Shown here piece after piece: positions 11,400-26,100 of a stretch of 64,000 nucleotides of DNA; positions within the stretch are counted from its first letter, which is position 1, and the number at the start of each line of letters is the position of its first letter. The notes beneath the pieces were generated by a model that saw only the letters and a program-made list of their open reading frames with translations, did no database searches and was not told the origin of the DNA. The DNA is taken from NCBI GenBank assembly GCA_964016885.1, contig OZ024741.1, forward strand, positions 249,674,001 through 249,738,000, read 5' to 3'. The DNA comes from Eledone cirrhosa. Lineage: Eukaryota. The position numbers and the translations under genes are program-made.

Positions 11400-14300
11400 T
11401 TTTTAAAAAAATCAGGCGGAGATAATTTGTAAACAAAAATCAGGGGGAGATAATTTGTAAAAAAAAATCAGGGGGAGATAATTTGTAAAAAAAAATCAGG
11501 GGGAGATAATTTGTAAAAAAAATCAAGGGGAGATAATTTCCAGCCGTCCAAGGGGAGGTAATATCTAGCCATCCAAGGGGAGATAATTTCCAGCCGTCCA
11601 AGGGGAGATAATTTCCAGCCGTCCAAGGGGAGATAATATCCAGCCGTCCAAGGAGACATATTTTCCAGCCGTCCAAGGAGACGTAATTTCTAGCCGTCCA
11701 AGGGGAGATAAGTTCCAGCCTCCAAGGGGAGATAATTTCCAGCCAGCCAAGGGGAGATAATTTGTAAAAAAATTAGGGGGAGATAATTTGTAAAAAAAAA
11801 TTAGGGGGAGATAATTTGTAAAAAAAAATCAGGGGGAGATAATTTGTAAAAAAAAATCAGGGGGAGATAATTTGTAAAAAAAATCAAGGGGAGATAATTT
11901 CCAGCCGTCCAAGGGGAGATAATTTTCAGCCGTCCAAGGAGAGGTAAATTCTAGCCGTCCAAGGAGATATAATTTCCAGCCGTCCAAGGGGAGATAATTT
12001 CCAGCCGTCCAAGGGGAGATAATTTTTAAAAAAAAATCAGGCGGAGATAATTTGTAAACAAAAATCAGGGGGAGATAATTTTTTAAAAAAAATCAGGGGG
12101 AGATAATTTGTAAAAAAAAATCAGGGGGAGATAATTTGTAAAAAAAATCAAGGGGAGATAATTTCCAGCCGTCCAAGGGGAGGTAATATCTAGCCATCCA
12201 AGGGGAGATAATTTCCAGCCGTCCAAGGGGAGATAATATCCAGCCGTCCAAGGAGACATATTTTCCAGCCGTCCAAGGAGAGGTAATTTCTAGCCGTCCA
12301 AGGGGAGATAAGTTCCAGCCTCCAAGGGGAGATAATTTCCAGCCAGCCAAGGGGAGATAATTTGTAAAAAAATCAGGGGGGAGATAATTTGTAAAAAAAA
12401 TCAGGGGGAGATAATTTGAAAAAAAAATCAGGGGGAGATAATTTGTAAAAAATATCAAGGGGAGATAATTTCCAGCCCTCCAAGGGGCTATAATTTCCAG
12501 CCGTGCAAGGGGAGATAATTTCCAGCCGTCCAAGGGGAGATAATTTCCATCCTTCCAAGGGGAGATAATTTCCAGCCGTCCAAGGGGAGATAATTTCCCG
12601 CCAGCCAAGGGAAGATAATTTTTTTAAAAATCAGGCGGAGATTGTAAAAAAAATCAGGGGGAGATAATTTGTAAAAAAATCAGGGGGAGATAATTTGTAA
12701 AAAAAAAATCAGGGGGAGATAATTTGTAAAAAAAAATCAGGGGGAGATAATTTGTAAAAAAAATCAGGGGGAGATAATTTGTAAAAAAAATCAGGGGTAG
12801 ATAATTTGTAAAAAAAATCAGGGGGAGATAATTTGTAAAAAAAATCAGGGGGAGATAATTTGTAAAAAAAATCAGGGGTAGATAATTTTCAGCCGTCCAA
12901 GGGGAGATAATTTCCATCCTTCCAAGGGGAGATAATTTCCAGCCGTCCAAGGGGAGATAATTTCCCGCCAGCCAAGGAGAGATAACATTTAAAAAAATCA
13001 GGCGGAGATAATTTGTAAAAAAATCAGGGGGAGATAATTTGTAAAAAAAATCAGGGGTAGATAATTTCCAGCCGTCCAAGGGGAGATAATTTCCATCCTT
13101 CCAAGGGGAGATAATTTCCAGCCGTCCAAGGGGAGATAATTTCCCGCCAGCCAAGGAGAGATAATATTTAAAAAAATCAGGCGGAGATAATTTGTAAAAA
13201 AAATCAGGGGGAGATAATTTGTAAAAAAAAATCAGGGGGAGATAATTTGTAAAAAAAAATCAGGGGGAGATAATTTGTAAAAAAAATCAAGGGGAGATAA
13301 TTTGTAAAAAAAAATCAGGGGTAGATAATTTGTAAAAAAAAATCAGGGGGAGATAATTTGTAAAAAAAAAATCAAGGGGAGATAATTTCCAGCCGTCCAA
13401 GGGGAGATAATTTTCAGCCGTCCAAGGAGAGGTAATTTCTAGCCGTCCAAGGGGAGATAATTTCCAGCCAGCCAAGGGGAGATAATTTGTAAAAAAATCA
13501 GGGGTAGATAATTTGTAAAAAAAAATCAGGGGGAGATAATTTGTAAAAAAAATCAGGGGGAGATAATTTGTAAAAAAAATCAGGGGTAGATAATTTCCAG
13601 CCGTCCAAGGGGAGATAATTTCCATCCTTCCAAGGGGAGATAATTTCCAGCCGTCCAAGGGGAGATAATTTCCCGCCAGCCAAGGAGAGATAACATTTAA
13701 AAAAATCAGGCGGAGATAATTTGTAAAAAAAATCAGGGGGAGATAATTTGTAAAAAAATCAGGGGGAGATAATTTGTAAAAAAAATCAGGGGTAGATAAT
13801 TTCCAGCCGTCCAAGGGGAGATAATTTCCATCCTTCCAAGGGGAGATAATTTCCAGCCGTCCAAGGGGAGATAATTTCCCGCCAGCCAAGGAGAGATAAT
13901 ATTTAAAAAAATCAGGCGGAGATAATTTGTAAAAAAAATCAGGGGGAGATAATTTGTAAAAAAATCAGGGGGAGATAATTTGTAAAAAAAAAACAGGGGA
14001 GATAATTTGTAAAAAAAATCAGGGGGAGATAATTTGTAAAAAAAAATCAGGGGTAGATAATTTGTAAAAAAAAATCAGGGGGAGATAATTTGTAAAAAAA
14101 AAATCAGGGGGAGATAATTTGTAAAAAAATCAAGGGGAGATAATTTCCAGCCGTCCAAAGGGAGATAATTTTCAGCCGTCCAAGGAGGTAATTTCTAGCC
14201 GTCCAAGGGGAGATAATTTCCAGCCGTCCAAGGGGAGATAATTTTTTTAAAAAAATCAGGCGGAGATAATTTGTAAACAAAAATCAGGGGGAGATAATTT

Positions 14301-17300
14301 GTAAAAAAAAATCAGGGGGAGATAATTTGTAAAAAAAATCAGGGGGAGATAATTTGTAAAAAAAATCAAGGGGAGATAATTTCCAGCCGTCCAAGGGGAG
14401 GTAATATCTAGCCATCCAAGGGGAGATAATTTCCAGCCGTCCAAGGGGAGATAATTTCCAGCCGTCCAAGGGGAGATAATATCCAGCCGTCCAAGGAGAC
14501 ATATTTTCCAGCCGTCCAAGGAGAGGTAATTTCTAGCCGTCCAAGGGGAGATAAGTTCCAGCCTCCAAGGGGAGATAATTTCCAGCCAGCCAAGGGGAGA
14601 TAATTTGTAAAAAAATCAGGGGGAGATAATTTGTAAAAAAAAAATCAGGGGGAGATAATTTGTAAAAAAATCAGGGGGAGATAATTTGTAAAAAAAAAAT
14701 CAGGGGGAGATAATTTGTAAAAAAAATCAGGGGGAGATAATTTGTAAAAAAAATCAGGGGTAGATAATTTGTAAAAAAAATCAGGGGGAGATAATTTGTA
14801 AAAAAAATCAGGGGGAGATAATTTGTAAAAAAAATCAGGGGTAGATAATTTTCAGCCCTCCAAGGGGAGATAATTTCCATCCTTCCAAGGGGAGATAATT
14901 TCCAGCCGTCCAAGGGGAGATAATTTCCCGCCAGCCAAGGAGAGATAACATTTAAAAAAATCAGGCGGAGATAATTTGTAAAAAAAATCAGGGGGAGATA
15001 ATTTGTAAAAAAATCAGGGGGAGATAATTTGTAAAAAAAATCAGGGGTAGATAATTTCCAGCCGTCCAAGGGGAGATAATTTCCATCCTTCCAAGGGGAG
15101 ATAATTTCCAGCCGTCCAAGGGGAGATAATTTCCCGCCAGCCAAGGAGAGATAATATTTAAAAAAATCAGGCGGAGATAATTTGTAAAAAAAAATCAGGG
15201 GGAGATAATTTGTAAAAAAATCAGGGGGAGATAATTTGTAAAAAAAAATCAGGGGGAGATAATTTGTAAAAAAAATCAGGGGGAGATAATTTGTAAAAAA
15301 AAATCAGGGGTAGATAATTTGTAAAAAAAAATCAGGGGGAGATAATTTGTAAAAAAAAATCAGGGGGAGATAATTTGTAAAAAAATCAAGGGGAGATAAT
15401 TTCCAGCCGTCCAAGGGGAGATAATTTTCAGCCGTCCAAGGAGAGGTAATTTCTAGCCGTCCAAGGGGAGATAATTTCCAGCCGTCCATTGGGAGATAAT
15501 TTTTTTTAAAAAATCAGGCGGAGATAATTTGTAAACAAAAATCAGGGGGAGATAATTTGTAAAAAAAAATCAGGGGGAGATAATTTGTAAAAAAAAATCA
15601 GGGGGAGATAATTTGTAAAAAAAATCAAGGGGAGATAATTTCCAGCCGTCCAAGGGGAGGTAATATCTAGCCATCCAAGGGGAGATAATTTCCAGCCGTC
15701 CAAGGGGAGATAATTTCCAGCCGTCCAAGGGGAGATAATATCCAGCCGTCCAAGGAGACATATTTTCCAGCCGTCCAAGGAGAGGTAATTTCTAGCCGTC
15801 CAAGGGGAGATAAGTTCCAGCCTCCAAGGGGAGATAATTTCCAGCCAGCCAAGGGGAGATAATTTGTAAAAAAATCAGGGGGAGATAATTTGTAAAAAAA
15901 AATCAGGGGGAGATAATTTGTAAAAAAATCAGGGGGAGATAATTTGTAAAAAAAAATCAGGGGGAGATAATTTGTAAAAAAAATCAGGGGGAGATAATTT
16001 GTAAAAAAAATCAGGGGTAGATAATTTGTAAAAAAAATCAGGGGGAGATAATTTGTAAAAAAAATCAGGGGGAGATAATTTGTAAAAAAAATCAGGGGTA
16101 GATAATTTTCAGCCGTCCAAGGGGAGATAATTTCCATCCTTCCAAGGGGAGATAATTTCCAGCCGTCCAAGGGGAGATAATTTCCCGCCAGCCAAGGAGA
16201 GATAACATTTAAAAAAATCAGGCGGAGATAATTTGTAAAAAAAATCAGGGGGAGATAATTTGTAAAAAAATCAGGGGGAGATAATTTGTAAAAAAAATCA
16301 GGGGTAGATAATTTCCAGCCGTCCAAGGGGAGATAATTTCCATCCTTCCAAGGGGAGATAATTTCCAGCCGTCCAAGGGGATATAATTTCCCGCCAGCCA
16401 AGGAGAGATAACATTTAAAAAAATCAGGCGGAGATAATTTGTAAAAAAATCAGGGGGAGATAATTTGTAAAAAAAATCAGGGGTAGATAATTTCCAGCCG
16501 TCCAAGGGGAGATAATTTCCATCCTTCCAAGGGGAGATAATTTCCAGCCGTCCAAGGGGAGATAATTTCCCGCCAGCCAAGGAGAGATAATATTTAAAAA
16601 AATCAGGCGGAGATAATTTGTAAAAAAAATCAGGGGGAGATAATTTGTAAAAAAAAATCAGGGGGAGATAATTTGTAAAAAAAAATCAGGGGGAGATAAT
16701 TTGTAAAAAAAATCAAGGGGAGATAATTTGTAAAAAAAAATCAGGGGTAGATAATTTGTAAAAAAAAATCAGGGGGAGATAATTTGTAAAAAAAAAATCA
16801 GGGGGAGATAATTTGTAAAAAAATCAAGGGGAGATAATTTCCAGCCATCCAAGGGGAGATAATTTTCAGCCGTCCAAGGAGAGGTAATTTCTAGCCGTCC
16901 AAGGGGAGATAATTTCCAGCCAGCCAAGGGGAGATAATTTGTAAAAAAATCAGGGGTAGATAATTTGTAAAAAAAAATCAGGGGGAGATAATTTGTAAAA
17001 AAAATCAGGGGGAGATAATTTGTAAAAAAAATCAGGGGTAGATAATTTCCAGCCGTCCAAGGGGAGATAATTTCCATCCTTCCAAGGGGAGATAATTTCC
17101 AGCCGTCCAAGGGGAGATAATTTCCCGCCAGCCAAGGAGAGATAACATTTAAAAAAATCAGGCGGAGATAATTTGTAAAAAAAATCAGAGGGAGATAATT
17201 TGTAAAAAAATCAGGGGGAGATAATTTGTAAAAAAAATCAGGGGTAGATAATTTCCAGCCGTCCAAGGGGAGATAATTTCCATCCTTCCAAGGGGAGATA

Positions 17301-20300
17301 ATTTCCAGCCGTCCAAGGGGAGATAATTTCCCGCCAGCCAAGGAGAGATAATATTTAAAAAAATCAGGCGGAGATAATTTGTAAAAAAAATCAGGGGGAG
17401 ATAATTTGTAAAAAAATCAGGGGGAGATAATTTGTAAAAAAAAATCAGGGGAGATAATTTGTAAAAAAAATCAGGGGCAGATAATTTGTAAAAAAAAATC
17501 AGGGGTAGATAATTTGTAAAAAAAAATCAGGGGGAGATAATTTGTAAAAAAAAAATCAGGGGGAGATAATTTGTAAAAAAATCAAGGGGAGATAATTTCC
17601 AGCCGTCCAAAGGGAGATAATTTTCAGCCGTCCAAGGAGGTAATTTCTAGCCGTCCAAGGGGAGATAATTTCCAGCCGTCCAAGGGGAGATAATTTTTTT
17701 AAAAAAATCAGGCGGACATAATTTGTAAACAAAAATCAGGGGGAGATAATTTGTAAAAAAAAATCAGGGGGAGATAATTTGTAAAAAAAAATCAGGGGGA
17801 GATAATTTGTAAAAAAAATCAAGGGGAGATAATTTCCAGCCGTCCAAGGGGAGGTAATATCTAGCCATCCAAGGGGAGATAATTTCCAGCCGTCCAAGGG
17901 GAGATAATTTCCAGCCGTCCAAGGGGAGATAATATCCAGCCGTCCAAGGAGACATATTTTCCAGCCGTCCAAGGAGGTAATTTCTAGCCGTCCAAGGGGA
18001 GATAAGTTCCAGCCTCCAAGGGGAGATAATTTCCAGCCAGCCAAGGGGAGATAATTTGTAAAAAAATCAGGGGGAGATAATTTGTAAAATAAAAATCAGG
18101 GGGAGATAATTTGTAAAAAAATCAGGGGGAGATAATTTGTAAAAAAAAAATCAGGGGGAGATAATTTGTAAAAAAAATCAGGGGGAGATAATTTGTAAAA
18201 AAAATCAGGGGTAGATAATTTGTAAAAAAAATCAGGGGGAGATAATTTGTAAAAAAAATCAGGGGGAGATAATTTGTAAAAAAAATCAGGGGTAGATAAT
18301 TTTCAGCCCTCCAAGGGGAGATAATTTCCATCCTTCCAAGGGGAGATAATTTCCAGCCGTCCAAGGGGAGATAATTTCCCGCCAGCCAAGGAGAGATAAC
18401 ATTTAAAAAAATCAGGCGGAGATAATTTGTAAAAAAAATCAGGGGGAGATAATTTGTAAAAAAATCAGGGGGAGATAATTTGTAAAAAAAATCAGGGGTA
18501 GATAATTTCCAGCCGTCCAAGGGGAGATAATTTCCATCCTTCCAAGGGGAGATAATTTCCAGCCGTCCAAGGGGAGATAATTTCCCGCCAGCCAAGGAGA
18601 GATAATATTTAAAAAAATCAGGCGGAGATAATTTGTAAAAAAAATCAGGGGGAGATAATTTGTAAAAAAATCAGGGGGAGATAATTTGTAAAAAAAAATC
18701 AGGGGGAGATAATTTGTGAAAAAAATCAGGGGGAGATAATTTGTAAAAAAAAATCAGGGGTAGATAATTTGTAAAAAAAAATCAGGGGGAGATAATTTGT
18801 AAAAAAAAATCAGGGGGAGATAATTTGTAAAAAAATCAAGGGGAGATAATTTCCAGCCGTCCAAGGGGAGATAATTTTCAGCCGTCCAAGGAGAGGTAAT
18901 TTCTAGCCGTCCAAGGGGAGATAATTTCCAGCCGTCCAAGGGGAGATAATTTTTTTAAAAAAATCAGGCGGAGATAATTTGTAAACAAAAATCAGGGGGA
19001 GATAATTTGTAAAAAAAAATCAGGGGGAGATAATTTGTAAAAAAAAATCAGGGGGAGATAATTTGTAAAAAAAATCAAGGGGAGATAATTTCCAGCCGTC
19101 CAAGGGGAGGTAATATCTAGCCATCCAAGGGGAGATAATTTCCAGCCGTCCAAGGGGAGATAATTTCCAGCCGTCCAAGGGGAGATAATATCCAGCCGTC
19201 CAAGGAGACATATTTTCCAGCTGTCCAAGGAGAGGTAATTTCTAGCCGTCCAAGGGGAGATAAGTTCCAGCCTCCAAGGGGAGATAATTTCCAGCCAGCC
19301 AAGGGGAGATAATTTGTAAAAAAATCAGGGGGAGATAATTTGTAAAAAAAAAATCAGGGGGAGATAATTTGTAAAAAAATCAGGGGGAGATAATTTGTAA
19401 AAAAAATCAGGGGGAGATAATTTGTAAAAAAAATCAGGGGGAGATAATTTGTAAAAAAAATCAGGGGTAGATAATTTTCAGCCGTCCAAGGGGAGATAAT
19501 TTCCATCCTTCCAAGGGGAGATAATTTCCAGCCGTCCAAGGGGAGATAATTTCCCGCCAGCCAAGGAGAGATAACATTTAAAAAAATCAGGCGGAGATAA
19601 TTTGTAAAAAAAATCAGGGGGAGATAATTTGTAAAAAAATCAGGGGGAGATAATTTGTAAAAAAAATCAGGGGTAGATAATTTCCAGCCGTCCAAGGGGA
19701 GATAATTTCCATCCTTCCAAGGGGAGATAATTTCCAGCCGTCCAAGGGGAGATAATTTCCCGCCAGCCAAGGAGAGATAATATTTAAAAAAATCAGGCGG
19801 AGATAATTTGTAAAAAAAATCAAGGGGAGATAATTTGTAAAAAAATCAGGGGGAGATAATTTGTAAAAAAAAATCAGGGGGAGATAATTTGTAAAAAAAA
19901 TCAGGGGGAGATAATTTGTAAAAAAAAATCAGGGGTAGATAATTTGTAAAAAAAAATCAGGGGGAGATAATTTGTAAAAAAAAAATCAGAGGGAGATAAT
20001 TTGTAAAAAAATCAAGGGGAGATAATTTCCAGCCGTCCAAGGGGAGATAATTTTCAGCCGTCCAAGGAGAGGTAATTTCTAGCCGTCCAAGGGGAGATAA
20101 TTTCCAGCCGTCCAAGGGGAGATAATTTTTAAAAAAAATCAGGCGGAGATAATTTGTAAACAAAAATCAGGGGGAGATAATTTGTAAAAAAAAATCAGGG
20201 GGAGATAATTTGTAAAAAAAAATCAGGGGGAGATAATTTGTAAAAAAAATCAAGGGGAGATAATTTCCAGCCGTCCAAGGGGAGGTAATATCTAGCCATC

Positions 20301-23100
20301 CAAGGGGAGATAATTTCCAGCCGTCCAAGGGGAGATAATTTCCAGCCGTCCAAGGGGAGATAATATCCAGCCGTCCAAGGAGACATATTTTCCAGCCGTC
20401 CAAGGAGACGTAATTTCTAGCCGTCCAAGGGGAGATAAGTTCCAGCCTCCAAGGGGAGATAATTTCCAGCCAGCCAAGGGGAGATAATTTGTAAAAAAAT
20501 TAGGGGGAGATAATTTGTAAAAAAAAATTAGGGGGAGATAATTTGTAAAAAAAAATCAGGGGGAGATAATTTGTAAAAAAAAATCAGGGGGAGATAATTT
20601 GTAAAAAAAATCAAGGGGAGATAATTTCCAGCCGTCCAAGGGGAGATAATTTTCAGCCGTCCAAGGAGAGGTAAATTCTAGCCGTCCAAGGAGATATAAT
20701 TTCCAGCCGTCCAAGGGGAGATAATTTCCAGCCGTCCAAGGGGAGATAATTTTTAAAAAAAAATCAGGCGGAGATAATTTGTAAACAAAAATCAGGGGGA
20801 GATAATTTTTAAAAAAAAATCAGGGGGAGATAATTTGTAAAAAAAAATCAGGGGGAGATAATTTGTAAAAAAAATCAAGGGGAGATAATTTCCAGCCGTC
20901 CAAGGGGAGGTAATATCTAGCCATCCAAGGGGAGATAATTTCCAGCCGTCCAAGGGGAGATAATTTCCAGCCGTCCAAGGGGAGATAATATCCAGCCGTC
21001 CAAGGAGACATATTTTCCAGCCGTCCAAGGAGAGGTAATTTCTAGCCGTCCAAGGGGAGATAAGTTCCAGCCTCCAAGGGGAGATAATTTCCAGCCAGCC
21101 AAGGGGAGATAATTTGTAAAAAAATCAGGGGGAGATAATTTGTAAAAAAAAAATCAGGGGGAGATAATTTGTAAAAAAATCAGGGGGAGATAATTTGTAA
21201 AAAAAATCAGGGGGAGATAATTTGTAGAAAAAATCAGGGGTAGATAATTTGTAAAAAAAATCAGGGGTAGATAATTTCCAGCCGTCCAAGGGGAGATAAT
21301 TTCCATCCTTCCAAGGGGAGATAATTTCCAGCCGTCCAAGGGGAGATAATTTCCCGCCAGCCAAGGAGAGATAATATTTAAAAAAATCAGGCGGAGATAA
21401 TTTGTAAAAAAAATCAGGGGGAGATAATTTGTAAAAAAATCAGGGGGAGATAATTTGTAAAAAAAAATCAGGGGGAGATAATTTGTAAAAAAAAATCAGG
21501 GGGAGATAATTTGTAAAAAAAAATCAGGGGTAGATAATTTGTAAAAAAAAATCAGGGTGAGATAATTTGTAAAAAAAATCAGGGGGAGATAATTTGTAAA
21601 AAAAATCAGGGGTAGATAATTTGTAAAAAAAATCAGGGGGAGATAATTTGTAAAAAAAATCAGGGGGAGATAATTTGTAAAAAAAATCAGGGGTAGATAA
21701 TTTTCAGCCGTCCAAGGGGAGATAATTTCCATCCTTCCAAGGGGAGATAATTTCCAGCCGTCCAAGGGGAGATAATTTCCCGCCAGCCAAGGAGAGATAA
21801 CATTTAAAAAAATCAGGCGGAGATAATTTGTAAAAAAATCAGGGGGAGATAATTTGTAAAAAAAATCAGGGGTAGATAATTTCCAGCCGTCCAAGGGGAG
21901 ATAATTTCCATCCTTCCAAGGGGAGATAATTTCCAGCCGTCCAAGGGGAGATAATTTCCCGCCAGCCAAGGAGAGATAATATTTAAAAAAATCAGGCGGA
22001 GATAATTTGTAAAAAAAATCAGGGGGAGATAATTTGTAAAAAAATCAGGGGGAGATAATTTGTAAAAAAAAATCAGGGGGAGATAATTTGTAAAAAAAAA
22101 TCAGGGGGAGATAATTTGTAAAAAAAAATCAGGGGTAGATAATTTGTAAAAAAAAATCAGGGTGAGATAATTTGTAAAAGAAAAATCAGGGGGAGATAAT
22201 TTGTAAAAAAATCAAGGGGAGATAATTTCCAGCCGTCCAAGGGGAGATAATTTTCAGCCGTCCAAGGAGAGGTAATTTCTAGCCGTCCAAGGGGAGATAA
22301 TTTCCAGCCGTCCAAGGGGAGATAATTTTTTTAAAAAAATCAGGCGGAGATAATTTGTAAACAAAAATCAGGGGGAGATAATTTGTAAAAAAAAATCAGG
22401 GGGAGATAATTTGTAAAAAAAAATCAGGGGGAGATAATTTGTAAAAAAAATCAAGGGGAGATAATTTGTCAAAAAAAATCAGGGGTAGATAATTTGTAAA
22501 AAAAAATCAGGGGGAGATAATTTGTAAAAAAAAAATCAGGGGGAGATAATTTGTAAAAAAATCAAGGGGAGATAATTTTCAGCCGTCCAAGGAGAGGTAA
22601 TTTCTAGCCGTCCAAGGGGAGATAATTTCCAGCCAGCCAAGGGGAGATAATTTGTAAAAAAATCAGGGGTAGATAATTTGTAAAAAAAATTCAGGGGGAG
22701 ATAATTTGTAAAAAAAATCAGGGGGAGATAATTTGTAAAAAAAATCAGGGGTAGATAATTTCCAGCCGTCCAAGGGGAGATAATTTCCATCCTTCCAAGG
22801 GGAGATAATTTCCAGCCGTCCAAGGGGAGATAATTTCCCGCCAGCCAAGGAGAGAAAACATTTAAAAAAATCAGGCGGAGATAATTTGTAAAAAAAATCA
22901 GGGGGAGATAATTTGTAAAAAAATCAGGGGGAGATAATTTGTAAAAAAAATCAGGGGTAGATAATTTCCAGCCGTCCAAGGGGAGATAATTTCCATCCTT
23001 CCAAGGGGAGATAATTTCCAGCCGTCCAAGGGGAGATAATTTCCCGCCAGCCAAGGAGAGATAATATTTAAAAAAATCAGGCGGAGATAATTTGTAAAAA
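11400..23100 (+). repeat. First copy of ~11.7-kb block repeated ~40.3 kb downstream (boundaries approximate)
   Basis: Private variants: GTCCATTGGG 15489/55850, GGGGATATAA 16382/56743, GGCGGACATA 17717/57974, AAAATAAAAATC 18090/58349 and TTTGTGAAA 18718/58977. Confidence 0.92.
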
Positions 23101-26100
23101 AAATCAGGGGGAGATAATTTGTAAAAAAATCAGGGGGAGATAATTTGTAAAAAAAAATCAGGGGGAGATAATTTGTAAAAAAAATCAGGGGGAGATAATT
23201 TGTAAAAAAAATCAGGGGTAGATAATTTGTAAAAAAAAATCAGGGGGAGATAATTTGTAAAAAAAAAATCAGGGGGAGATAATTTGTAAAAAAATCAAGG
23301 TGAGATAATTTCAAGCCGTCCAAGGGGAGATAATTTTCAGCCGTCCAAGGAGAGGTAATTGCTAGCCGTCCAAGGGGAGATAATTTCCAGCCGTCCAAGG
23401 GGAGATAATTTTTTTAAAAAAATCAGGCGGAGATAATTTGTAAACAAAAATCAGGGGGAGATAATTTGTAAAAAAAAATCAGGGGGAGATAATTTGTAAA
23501 AAAAAATCAGGGGGAGATAATTTGTAAAAAAAATCAAGGGGAGATAATTTCCAGCCGTCCAAGGGGAGGTAATATCTAGCCATCCAAGGGGAGATAATTT
23601 CCAGCCGTCCAAGGGGAGATAATTTCCAGCCGTCCAAGGGGAGATAATATCCAGCCGTCCAAGGAGACATATTTTCCAGCCGTCCAAGGAGAGGTAATTT
23701 CTAGCCGTCCAAGGGGAGATAAGTTCCAGCCTCCAAGGGGAGATAATTTCCAGCCAGCCAAGGGGAGATAATTTGTAAAAAAATCAGGGGGAGATAATTT
23801 GTAAAAAAAAATCAGGGGGAGATAATTTGTAAAAAAATCAGGGGGAGATAATTTGTAAAAAAAAATCAGGGGGAGATAATTTGTAAAAAAAATCAGGGGG
23901 AGATAATTTGTAAAAAAATCAGGGGTAGATAATTTGTAAAAAAAATCAGGGGGAGATAATTTGTAAAAAAAATCAGGGGGAGATAATTTGTAAAAAAAAT
24001 CAGGGGTAGATAATTTTCAGCCGTCCAAGGGGAGATAATTTCCATCCTTCCAAGGGGAGATAATTTCCAGCCGTCCAAGGGGAGATAATTTCCCGCCAGC
24101 CAAGGAGAGATAACATTTAAAAAAATCAGGGGGAGATAATTTGTAGAAAAAATCAGGGGTAGATAATTTGTAAAAAAAATCAGGGGTAGATAATTTCCAG
24201 CCGTCCAAGGGGAGATAATTTCCATCCTTCCAAGGGGAGATAATTTCCAGCCGTCCAAGGGGAGATAATTTCCCGCCAGCCAAGGAGAGATAATATTTAA
24301 AAAAATCAGGCGGAGATAATTTGTAAAAAAAATCAGGGGGAGATAATTTGTAAAAAAATCAGGGGGAGATAATTTGTAAAAAAAAATCAGGGGGAGATAA
24401 TTTGTAAAAAAAAATCAGGGGGAGATAATTTGTAAAAAAAAATCAGGGGTAGATAATTTGTAAAAAAAAATCAGGGTGAGATAATTTGTAAAAAAAATCA
24501 GGGGGAGATAATTTGTAAAAAAAATCAGGGGTAGATAATTTGTAAAAAAAATCAGGGGGAGATAATTTGTAAAAAAAATCAGGGGGAGATAATTTGTAAA
24601 AAAAATCAGGGGTAGATAATTTTCAGCCGTCCAAGGGGAGATAATTTCCATCCTTCCAAGGGGAGATAATTTCCAGCCGTCCAAGGGGAGATAATTTCCC
24701 GCCAGCCAAGGAGAGATAACATTTAAAAAAATCAGGCGGAGATAATTTGTAAAAAAATCAGGGGGAGATAATTTGTAAAAAAAATCAGGGGTAGATAATT
24801 TCCAGCCGTCCAAGGGGAGATAATTTCCATCCTTCCAAGGGGAGATAATTTCCAGCCGTCCAAGGGGAGATAATTTCCCGCCAGCCAAGGAGAGATAATA
24901 TTTAAAAAAATCAGGCGGAGATAATTTGTAAAAAAAATCAGGGGGAGATAATTTGTAAAAAAATCAGGGGGAGATAATTTGTAAAAAAAAATCAGGGGGA
25001 GATAATTTGTAAAAAAAAATCAGGGGGAGATAATTTGTAAAAAAAAATCAGGGGTAGATAATTTGTAAAAAAAAATCAGGGTGAGATAATTTGTAAAAGA
25101 AAAATCAGGGGGAGATAATTTGTAAAAAAAATCAAGGGGAGATAATTTCCAGCCGTCCAAGGGGAGATAATTTTCAGCCGTCCAAGGAGAGGTAATTTCT
25201 AGCCGTCCAAGGGGAGATAATTTCCAGCCGTCCAAGGGGAGATAATTTTTTTAAAAAAATCAGGCGGAGATAATTTGTAAACAAAAATCAGGGGGAGATA
25301 ATTTGTAAAAAAAAATCAGGGGGAGATAATTTGTAAAAAAAAATCAGGGGGAGATAATTTGTAAAAAAAATCAAGGGGAGATAATTTGTCAAAAAAAATC
25401 AGGGGTAGATAATTTGTAAAAAAAAATCAGGGGGAGATAATTTGTAAAAAAAAAATCAGGGGGAGATAATTTGTAAAAAAATCAAGGGGAGATAATTTTC
25501 AGCCGTCCAAGGAGAGGTAATTTCTAGCCGTCCAAGGGGAGATAATTTCCAGCCAGCCAAGGGGAGATAATTTGTAAAAAAATCAGGGGTAGATAATTTG
25601 TAAAAAAAATTCAGGGGGAGATAATTTGTAAAAAAAATCAGGGGGAGATAATTTGTAAAAAAAATCAGGGGTAGATAATTTCCAGCCGTCCAAGGGGAGA
25701 TAATTTCCATCCTTCCAAGGGGAGATAATTTCCAGCCGTCCAAGGGGAGATAATTTCCCGCCAGCCAAGGAGAGAAAACATTTAAAAAAATCAGGCGGAG
25801 ATAATTTGTAAAAAAAATCAGGGGGAGATAATTTGTAAAAAAATCAGGGGGAGATAATTTGTAAAAAAAATCAGGGGTAGATAATTTCCAGCCGTCCAAG
25901 GGGAGATAATTTCCATCCTTCCAAGGGGAGATAATTTCCAGCCGTCCAAGGGGAGATAATTTCCCGCCAGCCAAGGAGAGATAATATTTAAAAAAATCAG
26001 GCGGAGATAATTTGTAAAAAAAATCAGGGGGAGATAATTTGTAAAAAAATCAGGGGGAGATAATTTGTAAAAAAAAATCAGGGGGAGATAATTTGTAAAA

